NCBI GenBank assembly: GCA_026989875.1
Contig: JALSIP010000009.1
Location: 1 to 34,332 of the forward strand
Length of the DNA: 34,332 nucleotides
Origin: an archaeon
GTDB taxonomy: Archaea > Hydrothermarchaeota > Hydrothermarchaeia > Hydrothermarchaeales > BMS3B
Direction of reading: 5' to 3'
The notes under the pieces are model-generated. The model did no database searches. It was not told the DNA's origin and saw only the letters and a program-made list of their open reading frames with translations. Position 1 is the first letter of the stretch, and each line of letters starts with the position of its first letter. The position numbers were made by a program, and so were the translations under genes. Shown piece by piece: positions 7,879 to 15,634 of the stretch.

Positions 7879-9771
7879 TTACCCATCACCCAGGTGGAAC
7901 CTGCCCTTCTCAAATTTCAGGATGACCACCCTGCTCCTTTCAAACCTCACCCTCTCCACCAGTCTGTACCTGAATTCACCCTCCGCAGAGTCCCTTATTC
8001 TGACCTCTAAGGTGTGCTCTCCCGGCTCAACTTCTATTCTCTCGTAGGCATAGCTGGGCCCATCCCTCCACAGCCCCGAGGGCTGATAGCTCTTCCTGAG
8101 CACAGTTCTGCCATCTATCGCTAACACCACCTCCACTGGGGAGCGCTCCCTGGGGCAGGGAGTCAGGTTGCCAGCTCTGAGCTCCTCCACAGTTGGCTCC
8201 CTGCAGGGCACCAGCCGCTCCCCCGGGTGGCTCATGGTGAAGAGGAGCATCGCTTTATCTGCCTGCATCAGGGAGTAGGCGGGGGATGTGGAGAAGTAGC
8301 TCAGAGGTAGCGTGAAGAGGAGCAGCAGCATAAGTATGAGGTGCGGTGCTGGCTTCTCCCTGTCACACTTTCCTTCCTCCAGAGCGGATATGAGTTTCTT
8401 TTCTTCACCCGGCATTAGCCAGCACAACCTCACCCGACCCGCTTCAGGATGCTTCAGCACGGGAGCTCGTCTTCCAGATAGCCTGTCCTCTGTCCATAGG
8501 TTACCGAAGCGGTACCTGCAGTCTCCGTGTTTGCATCCCGCGATGACGAGCTTATTCACACCAGCATCAAGGGCATCCGCAACAGCCAAGGGATGAAGCA
8601 TCCCAATGCAGCGCAGGCTGAGCACCTTCACATTACTCTGCATGAGTCTGTCTGCTGCCTTACCACCCAGGCAGTGCCTGCAGATGACCACCAGAGTCTT
8701 ATCCCTCTCAGCCAGCGATTTTACCTCTTTCCTGAGCAATTCAAGCTCCGTATCTCCAAACTCTACAGCGTTGAAACTGCAGGAGCCGACGCATATCCCG
8801 CAGCCTGCACATCTGCTCCCTGATACGCTGGCGACCTTCTTTTCGCCATCTTTAAGCATACTTATAGCACCGTACGGACAGTCAGCATAACACAGCTCAC
8901 ATCCGGTGCAGGTTTCTCTACGAATTCTGGCGCTGAGCCATTCTTTCTGAAGTAGCCTGGGCACCGCAAGCAGGAATGCGGTGATGGCTATCAGCAGGAG
9001 CCAGCTCAGGCGTGGATGGCTCTGCATCAGCGGCAGGGGTAGCATGTAATACCAGTCCACAGGCACTTTGACCGGGATATCGTATGGCGTGGCTGGTGGA
9101 GCGCTGATTGCTGGCTTGAGCAGCGATAGGGTCAGCAGCACCGCCAGAAGCAGCACTGCAACACGCTCCGGTGGAAGCAACCTGACGCCGGATAGTCTGG
9201 AGAAATGAAGCAGCAGAAGTACTGATGAGAACAGGGGGAGTGCAAGATGAGTGAAAACCACCGCAAAGAAAAGCAGACTGGTCAGACTTTCTTCACCGGC
9301 AACCGACATGGCGAGGGGTTTTGGAAATACCGGGAGCTCATCCAGAAATTCAGTTATGCCAAGCGCCACAAGCTGCGCACGCTGATCCCACACCATCCAG
9401 TAGCCTGTGAGACCCTCTATCAGTACAGCACCAAATAAAAGAACCCCCGAGACCCACACCAGCCACCTGCTCTGCAGCAGCCTCCTGGTTATGAGGGTTC
9501 TGATACCGTGAAGAATAAGAACAATTATGAGGGCATCTGCAGAATACCTGTGAATACTGCGCATAATCCCGGCTATACGGTCTTCAGTTATATTATTTAC
9601 AGAGATGTATGCGTTCTGCGCGTTTATACTGTAAAAAGGCAGCACGTAAATGCCGCTAATTGCGGTTAACAGCAGCAGGAATATGGCAATCTGCCCCAGA
9701 TGCATAAAGGGGTTGTATCTGGATGTGAAGGCACGGTTTACCAGCAGCTCCATTCTGGAAAACAGGGTCAT
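7879..9771 (-). CDS. Fusion protein: cytochrome b / 2x[4Fe-4S] ferredoxin / MvhD(FlpD)-like domain / extra TM and C-terminal domain
   Basis: Cyt b His pairs (SIHRY..ILHG; FTHL..LLHF), TGYWMVWDQ, PVDWYY. CTGCELCYADCP and CAGCGICVGSC. MvhD motifs LRCIG..HP and GCKHGDCRYRFGN. Confidence 0.88.
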   Translation of the reverse strand: MTLFSRMELLVNRAFTSRYNPFMHLGQIAIFLLLLTAISGIYVLPFYSINAQNAYISVNNITEDRIAGIMRSIHRYSADALIIVLILHGIRTLITRRLLQSRWLVWVSGVLLFGAVLIEGLTGYWMVWDQRAQLVALGITEFLDELPVFPKPLAMSVAGEESLTSLLFFAVVFTHLALPLFSSVLLLLHFSRLSGVRLLPPERVAVLLLAVLLTLSLLKPAISAPPATPYDIPVKVPVDWYYMLPLPLMQSHPRLSWLLLIAITAFLLAVPRLLQKEWLSARIRRETCTGCELCYADCPYGAISMLKDGEKKVASVSGSRCAGCGICVGSCSFNAVEFGDTELELLRKEVKSLAERDKTLVVICRHCLGGKAADRLMQSNVKVLSLRCIGMLHPLAVADALDAGVNKLVIAGCKHGDCRYRFGNLWTEDRLSGRRAPVLKHPEAGRVRLCWLMPGEEKKLISALEEGKCDREKPAPHLILMLLLLFTLPLSYFSTSPAYSLMQADKAMLLFTMSHPGERLVPCREPTVEELRAGNLTPCPRERSPVEVVLAIDGRTVLRKSYQPSGLWRDGPSYAYERIEVEPGEHTLEVRIRDSAEGEFRYRLVERVRFERSRVVILKFEKGRFHLGDG

Positions 9772-10055
9772 TACATGTATAATGTGCTCTCCGCGGGGTA
9801 ATAACTTTCTGCGAACATGTTACCATCGGACTTTTAACTGCCTGATAAGGCGATAACACCCCATGCCCCCCGGGCATGAGCATCCCAAGCCCGTGTTAGT
9901 CTGCTGTGGTGCCATCGGATGTGCATTATTGTGCAATTTCACGTGCATTATTTGTCCAATCCCTGGCGGTTGTGCAGTTATATGCTCATTCAATGCCGAT
10001 AAAAAACTTTTTATAGGATGAGGTTCTACTGTAGAAGGTGCATGAGAGGACACGG

Positions 10056-10103
10056 GCAGTTTAAATACCAGTCCCGGAGGCAGTACGGGAAGGTTGGAGG
10101 TGA
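10056..10103 (+). promoter_or_regulatory. TATA box (TTTAAATA) and GGAGGTGA RBS of the Mo-enzyme operon
   Basis: TTTAAATA at ~10059-10066; GGAGGTGA at 10096-10103 in front of GTG 10109. Confidence 0.55.
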
Positions 10104-10108
10104 AAGCT

Positions 10109-12604
10109 GTGGTAGTGTTGAGACGGATTTCGGAGTCCGTTAAGGACTACGACACCATCAGGTACACCACCTGCGACAACATGTGCGAGAGCGGCTGTGG
10201 AATGAAGGTGTACCTGAAGGATGGCAGAATAGTTGACATCTGGGGTGACGATGAGCACCCGCAGAACTACGGCTCCCTTTGCCCGAAGGGAACCGCAAAC
10301 TACCAGCATGTGTACAACCCCCTCAGGGCAAAATACCCCGTGATCAGGGAGGACAACGTTAACGGGAAGTTCAGGCGTGTAACCTGGGATGATGCGCTTG
10401 ACTTTGTTGCCGAGCGCCTGAAGTACATACGTGAGAAGTGGGGTGCCCACACCGTAGCCTGCCACCGCACAGGAAGGAGCAGCTACGGTAACAAGCTGGG
10501 TGGCTCCAGGTTCCTTGCCATGTACGGCACGCCCAACATCTACGGCCAGGGACCGCTCTGCTGCGAGTCCCCCGGAGCGAGGGGTCAGTACGTATTCGGT
10601 GCCAAGGAGTTTCTCCGCTTGATGAACCCCTGTCAGGATGCGATGAACAGCGACACCGTGTTCATCGCAGGTGCAAATGCAGCGGCGCTGGAAGTAATCA
10701 CCATGAAGTGGTTCATAGAGGCGCAGGAGCGCAATGGCGCCAAGATGATAGTCATAGACCCGCGCTTCAATGCCACGATGGCAAAGGCAGACCTGGCGCT
10801 GCGCCTCAGACCAACCACCGACGCCTACCTGGCGAACTCCTTGGCGCACGTGCTCATCTACGAGATAGATGGCATAGACAAGGAGTTCATAGCCAAGTGG
10901 ACGGTTGGCTTTGACAAGTATGCAGAGCTTGTCAAGGACTACACCCCTGAGAAGGCTGAGAACATCACCTGGGTTCCGGCTGAGGACATACGCAAGGCAG
11001 CCGAGTGGATAGCCTATCCCAGGAGGACGCACTTCACGGGCTGCTTAGGTACCGCGCAGCAGTACAATGCCGGCAACGGCAATGCCGCCTACCAGATACT
11101 GGTGGCGATCACAGGAAACGTGGGTGTTAAGGGTGGTGGCTGGAACTGGCTGCACAACTGCAGACCTGTGCTGAGCGCCGGCAAGGACCTGAAGGAGTAC
11201 GTGGCTAAGATAAAGGAGCCGCAGCTCTCTGACAAGATCATACCCTGGGGCGACACCTCAAGCGCCTGCACCATAAATCCTGGATACACCGGCAAGCCCT
11301 ACCCGGTGAAGGGGCTGATATGGAACGGCAACCACATAGTGCAGTGGCCCAACAACAACAAGGTGAGGGAGTACATGAAGAACCTGTACTGCGGTGTGCA
11401 CCTGAGCTTCCATCCCAACGAGACCATGAGCTGGATGCATGCAGCATTTCCGATAACCAGCTTCTTTGAGCACGAGGGCGTGGTGCACCACGGCAACAAC
11501 CGCCACGTGCAGTGGCACAACCAGATTATTGAGAGGCAGTGGGAGTGCAGGGCAGACATAGACTTCTGGGCAGGTCTGGCGAAGCGCTTTGAGTTCGCCG
11601 AGGCTTACTATGCGCCCGACGGTAAGAGCTGGTGGGCGAAGAAGGACGTCTTCGGCAACCCGCTGCCCGAGGACCCGAAGTACCCCGGCACCACCCACGA
11701 GATTGATGAGCGTGTCTGCCAGAACTGGTTCCACTCCCAGGAGCCCTTTGTGGCTGGCATAACCGCCGACCTCATGGACCCGGAGATGTCCCCCAAGGGC
11801 GGTGTGATGTGGCCTGCTGAAACCAAGGACGAGGCTATGATGTACTCCGACCCCGAGGCGACCATAAGAGGTGCCCAGTGGATAATGTACAAGGAGGGCG
11901 TCAACTACCCCGGCACCGACAAGCGCTTCCCCACACCCAGCGGCAAGGTGGAGATATACAGCAGGGCGCTGGAGCAGATAGGCTGGTATCCCATGCCCAT
12001 ACACATAGAGCCCAACAACGCACCAGTTGCGAGACCAGACCTGTGGGAGAAGTACCCGCTCATCCTGTGCACGGGTCGCTTGGTTGCGCACTTCCACGAG
12101 ATGGGTCACTGGTGGCCCTGGATGGTTGAGCTGGAGCCCCACAGATTCATCAACATCCACACCGACTTAGCCAAGGAGCTGGGCATACGCGACGGCGACA
12201 CCGTGGTCTGCGAGAACGACTACGGCAAGGTCATAGGTCCCGCCTGGGTCAATGAGATGGTTGACGTAGCCGAGGTCTGGGGACCAGAGGGCTTTGACAA
12301 GTACCAGCCCTTCTATCCCTACAGCAACATTAACGAGCTCGTGGATGACACCGTGAAGGACCCCTTCTACACGCAGGCGCAGTACAAGTGCAACCTCGTG
12401 CGTGTGTATCGCCTGGGCGATGACCCGGATAAGGCTGTGGAGAAGACCAAGGAGTTCTTAGCTAAGCACAAGCGCACACCCAAGGACTACCTGGACCCGG
12501 AGAAGGAGCCGAGCGTCAACCTGGGTACCTACACCAGACTCACCCAGGAGGGCAGCGGCATCTACTACGTAGGGGTGCCGCGTGAGAAGTGGGAGACCAA
12601 GTGA
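10109..12604 (+). CDS. Mo/W-bisPGD (DMSO reductase family) oxidoreductase, catalytic subunit, substrate unknown
   Basis: CDNMCESGC...GSLCPKG Fe-S motif; VIDPR, TPSGKVEI and LILCTGR..HFH motifs; candidate Cys ligand in GPLCCES. No Tat signal. Start set at GTG 10109. Confidence 0.92.
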   Translation: MVVLRRISESVKDYDTIRYTTCDNMCESGCGMKVYLKDGRIVDIWGDDEHPQNYGSLCPKGTANYQHVYNPLRAKYPVIREDNVNGKFRRVTWDDALDFVAERLKYIREKWGAHTVACHRTGRSSYGNKLGGSRFLAMYGTPNIYGQGPLCCESPGARGQYVFGAKEFLRLMNPCQDAMNSDTVFIAGANAAALEVITMKWFIEAQERNGAKMIVIDPRFNATMAKADLALRLRPTTDAYLANSLAHVLIYEIDGIDKEFIAKWTVGFDKYAELVKDYTPEKAENITWVPAEDIRKAAEWIAYPRRTHFTGCLGTAQQYNAGNGNAAYQILVAITGNVGVKGGGWNWLHNCRPVLSAGKDLKEYVAKIKEPQLSDKIIPWGDTSSACTINPGYTGKPYPVKGLIWNGNHIVQWPNNNKVREYMKNLYCGVHLSFHPNETMSWMHAAFPITSFFEHEGVVHHGNNRHVQWHNQIIERQWECRADIDFWAGLAKRFEFAEAYYAPDGKSWWAKKDVFGNPLPEDPKYPGTTHEIDERVCQNWFHSQEPFVAGITADLMDPEMSPKGGVMWPAETKDEAMMYSDPEATIRGAQWIMYKEGVNYPGTDKRFPTPSGKVEIYSRALEQIGWYPMPIHIEPNNAPVARPDLWEKYPLILCTGRLVAHFHEMGHWWPWMVELEPHRFINIHTDLAKELGIRDGDTVVCENDYGKVIGPAWVNEMVDVAEVWGPEGFDKYQPFYPYSNINELVDDTVKDPFYTQAQYKCNLVRVYRLGDDPDKAVEKTKEFLAKHKRTPKDYLDPEKEPSVNLGTYTRLTQEGSGIYYVGVPREKWETK

Positions 12605-12614
12605 GGTGGTGGAG

Positions 12615-13400
12615 ATGGATGAGGTCTTCTCAGACAAGGGCTACTGCCTCAACCTGGACCAGGAGACAGCACGCTCTGCCATGGAGCGCATAGAGAAGAT
12701 CGGGCTCAGAGAGGCGCAGGCTGCCAGTGTCTGGGGTATACCCCCAGACCACATTGCCATGTTCGTTGACCTGAAGCGCTGCATAGGCTGCTTCGCCTGC
12801 GAGACTGCCTGCAAGCTTGAGCATGACGACCCCATGGGTCCACGAAGGATGCGCGTGATTCAGGTGGGACCGAAGAAGGTGGGCAGGCACACCAAGGCGA
12901 TGTACATACCCATGAACTGCTTCATGTGCGGTCACGCCGCCTGCGTTGAGGCATGCCCCACCGGGGCGATGACCAAGCGCTCCAAGGACGGCATAGTGTT
13001 TGTGGACAGCGAGAAGTGCATAGGCTGCAAGCGCTGCATGCAGGCGTGCCCCTTCGGCGCACCACAGTACGACTCAAGGACGGGCAAGGTTATAAAGTGC
13101 GACTACTGCATGCACCGCATTGACCAGGGGCTGCAGCCTGCCTGCGTGACCAAGTGCTCCACTCACGCCCTCTACATCGGCAACCCTGCTGACATAATGA
13201 CCTACTTCCGTGAGAAAGACGCCATACGTCTGGCAAGAGTTTACTTTGACGACAGGGCAGACACCGACCTGCTGACCTCACCTGCCTACGCATTCCCGGA
13301 GCGGGCGCTCTTCATACCCAGAGTGCGCCTGAAGCCTGGCAAGCTTCCGGAGCGTGTCACAGAGGTTACAAAGCCCGTCTACAAGAAGGAGCAGCAGTAG
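12615..13400 (+). CDS. Four-cluster Fe-S subunit (DmsB/NrfC-like) 1
   Basis: CIGCFACETAC, CFMC...CVEACP, CIGCKRCMQACP, KCDYC...ACVTKC. Start at ATG 12615 after GAGGTGG. Confidence 0.92.
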   Translation: MDEVFSDKGYCLNLDQETARSAMERIEKIGLREAQAASVWGIPPDHIAMFVDLKRCIGCFACETACKLEHDDPMGPRRMRVIQVGPKKVGRHTKAMYIPMNCFMCGHAACVEACPTGAMTKRSKDGIVFVDSEKCIGCKRCMQACPFGAPQYDSRTGKVIKCDYCMHRIDQGLQPACVTKCSTHALYIGNPADIMTYFREKDAIRLARVYFDDRADTDLLTSPAYAFPERALFIPRVRLKPGKLPERVTEVTKPVYKKEQQ

Positions 13401-13429
13401 GGGCTCATCCCCCTACCCTTTTGATTTTT
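13400..13429 (+). terminator. Possible terminator after Fe-S subunit 1
   Basis: GGGG-CTCAT-CCCC hairpin followed by a pyrimidine/T tract (CCCTTTTGATTTTT). Confidence 0.4.
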
Positions 13430-13443
13430 CAGGAGGATAAGAG

Positions 13444-13677
13444 GTGGCAAAGCCCAAGGGTTACCGGGGAGAGCTTGATGATGCTCTCAGGCAGGCGCTT
13501 GAGGGCGTGGTGCCTGAAAATCTTAAAAAGAGAGTCATGAAGAATCCTGACTGGATTTATGTGCTCACGATTATCAGGGAGATGAGAGCCCGTGAGCTCG
13601 GCAGCTACTACTTCGGCAGCGATGTTATGGTTTCTCCATGCTGCCCCATGCCAGAGCGTCTGGGCTATGAGGATTAA
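13444..13677 (+). CDS. Small hypothetical protein (77 aa) with SPCCPMP motif
   Basis: GGAGG RBS, GTG start, inside the Mo-enzyme cluster. Confidence 0.7.
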   Translation: MAKPKGYRGELDDALRQALEGVVPENLKKRVMKNPDWIYVLTIIREMRARELGSYYFGSDVMVSPCCPMPERLGYED

Positions 13678-13692
13678 CAGGAGGTCCTGGAA

Positions 13693-14505
13693 ATGCAGGT
13701 TCAGATATCTGAGCCCTTCAGGGAGGATGTGGTGCTGAAGGAGCCAAGGGACGGGGATGTGGTCATGCTCATTGACCTGAAGCGCTGCATAGGCTGCTTC
13801 TCCTGCGAAACCTCCTGCAAGCTGGAGCACGAGCTCGGCATGGGTCCCAGGCTGATAAGGGTGATTCAGGTGGGACCCAGGGAGGTGAGGGGCAGGATCA
13901 GAACCCTCTACATACCCATGCCCTGCTTCCACTGCTCACCAGCCGCCTGCGTTGAGGCATGCCCCACGGGAGCGATGCAGAAGCGCTCCAAGGACGGCAT
14001 AGTGTTTGTGGACAGCGAGAAGTGCATAGGCTGCAAGCGCTGCATGCAGGCGTGCCCCTTCGGCGCACCACAGTACGACTCAAGGACGGGCAGGGTTGTG
14101 AAGTGCAACTTCTGCATGCAGCGGGTTGACTACCGCAGAACCTACACCCGTGAGGAGCTTGAGAAGATATACCGGCACGTGCCCCAGAAGAGAATCTACC
14201 TGCCTGTTCATGACGAGGTGGGCAACATAAAGCGGGACAGCAAGGGCAGGCTGGTGGATGAGAAGGGTGAGCCGCTCTCCGGAAGAAAGCTCGCCGAGGC
14301 TGGTGAGATGCCAGAAAGCCTGAGCTACTCGGGGCTGTGGAGCGCCTGCGCCACCAAGTGCTCCACCGAGGCTATGACCTTCGGCTACTACAGGGACGTC
14401 AAAAAGCTCATAGAGCAGAAGGCAGAGAACAGGCAGATACACCGGGTGGGCAGCGTCTTCTATGCCCTGCCCCCTGAGGACTTTCCGCTTCCGCGCTCCA
14501 AGTAG
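13693..14505 (+). CDS. Four-cluster Fe-S subunit (DmsB/NrfC-like) 2, with a long insertion
   Basis: Same Cys motifs as subunit 1. Long insertion between KCNFC and ACATKC. GGAGGT RBS. Confidence 0.9.
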   Translation: MQVQISEPFREDVVLKEPRDGDVVMLIDLKRCIGCFSCETSCKLEHELGMGPRLIRVIQVGPREVRGRIRTLYIPMPCFHCSPAACVEACPTGAMQKRSKDGIVFVDSEKCIGCKRCMQACPFGAPQYDSRTGRVVKCNFCMQRVDYRRTYTREELEKIYRHVPQKRIYLPVHDEVGNIKRDSKGRLVDEKGEPLSGRKLAEAGEMPESLSYSGLWSACATKCSTEAMTFGYYRDVKKLIEQKAENRQIHRVGSVFYALPPEDFPLPRSK

Positions 14506-14557
14506 CGCGGACCTACAGTTTTATTTTCAATTGTTTCCTTAAAGCATCTGAGTAGAG

Positions 14558-15634
14558 GTGTTCAGCTTGCCGGAGTCTTCGGTGTTTGAGGAGAACAGGT
14601 ATGTTAAGTGGTTCATAGACCCTGAGCTGGCAAAGGACTGGAAGAACCTGCTAAAGAAGTACCCCTATCTCTTCTGGATACAGTCAATGAACGTGCGTGA
14701 CAGGAAGCAGTGGGCGGTGCTGGTGAGGAAGTACTCACCCGAGCTGCGCCCGCCGGTGAAGGTGCACGGAGCTGAGAGCTATGCCGAGCTCAGCGTTGCC
14801 AGAAGAGATGCCTGGTTCCAGCTTTTCAGATGCCTCACCGAGGTGTCCCTGAACCTTGTCAGGGAGTTTCAGAGCGGTGAGTTCGCGGATAAGCTGAGAT
14901 GCAGCTTCGGCAGGCTGCTTGGAGAGAGGGAGGTGGAGACGTACCTGGAGCAGCTTGAGCGTGTTAGGCTGGAATTTGAACACCTCCGTGCCGAGAAGCT
15001 GCAGCGGGAGCTTGAGGCAGAGCGCTTCACCATATTTGACGATGACCTGATGCCGTACCTGTCAGCCCACGAGTCGGTGTACAGGAGTGAGAAGCAGCTC
15101 ATGGGCGACCTGACAGCGCAGGTTAAGGAGCTTTACCGGCGTGCCGGCTATGTGGTTGACAAGTCCAGAGGGAACCTGCCCCCGGATGAGGCAAAGCTTG
15201 AGGTGGAGTTTGCATATCGCCTGATAGAGGATGAGATTCAGGCGTGGAGAAGGGGGGAGAATGAGAGAGCCATGGAGCTTCTTCAGCTTCAGAGGGAGTT
15301 CATCCAGCAGCACGCTGCGCTCTGGCTTCCCTACATGTTCGCAGACCTGGCAAGCAGGGAGTTCAGAATAGGGATAGCCAGGAAGTACCACGGGGATGTG
15401 CGGGATGAGGAGCTCTACGCCCGTGAGGGTGCGGTGGTGGAGATGGACTTTCTTCAGGTTATAGCGGGGCTGGGCAGGATGCTGGTGGAGCAGGAGTACC
15501 TGCAGGTTGAGGAGATGCTGCAGGCTGCAGGCAAGATTTCTGCAGGGGAGCTTGCAGCCGCCTTCAGCGGGGTTGTGCCGCTCCCGACTGCGGGCGAAAA
15601 CACCTACCTGCTGAGGGCAGGGCAAAATGCTTGA
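14558..15634 (+). CDS. TorD/DmsD-family molybdoenzyme maturation chaperone with N-terminal extension
   Basis: PYLSAHESVY...LYRRAG...PPDEAKLEVEF...QREFIQQHAALW pattern. Located next to the Mo enzyme. Confidence 0.8.
   Translation: MFSLPESSVFEENRYVKWFIDPELAKDWKNLLKKYPYLFWIQSMNVRDRKQWAVLVRKYSPELRPPVKVHGAESYAELSVARRDAWFQLFRCLTEVSLNLVREFQSGEFADKLRCSFGRLLGEREVETYLEQLERVRLEFEHLRAEKLQRELEAERFTIFDDDLMPYLSAHESVYRSEKQLMGDLTAQVKELYRRAGYVVDKSRGNLPPDEAKLEVEFAYRLIEDEIQAWRRGENERAMELLQLQREFIQQHAALWLPYMFADLASREFRIGIARKYHGDVRDEELYAREGAVVEMDFLQVIAGLGRMLVEQEYLQVEEMLQAAGKISAGELAAAFSGVVPLPTAGENTYLLRAGQNA

Larger units (their letters stand above)
12936..14092 (+). repeat. Direct repeat between the two Fe-S subunit genes: 12975-13086 = 13981-14092 (112 bp identical)
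   Basis: Base-by-base comparison. Extends to 12936/13942 with 5 mismatches. A second identical 29-bp block at 12766-12794 / 13772-13800 has the same 1006-bp offset. Confidence 0.9.

Noticed and set aside
9656-10053. ORFs 9820-10053 and 9656-9883 as real genes
   Set aside because: No recognisable motifs or RBS; they span a divergent promoter region or overlap the cyt b gene.
10061-12160. Long antisense ORFs (323 aa and 300 aa) and similar shadow ORFs elsewhere
   Set aside because: Expected mirror frames of GC3-rich genes, with no protein motifs.
12936-14092. Diversity-generating retroelement TR/VR pair
   Set aside because: The mismatches (c/g, g/a, acc/cag) are not adenine-specific, both copies are coding, and no reverse transcriptase is present.
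10109-14505. Selenocysteine recoding or formate dehydrogenase identity
   Set aside because: No in-frame TGA in these genes (the only in-frame break between them is TAA), and the Fdh C/U-H motif is absent.
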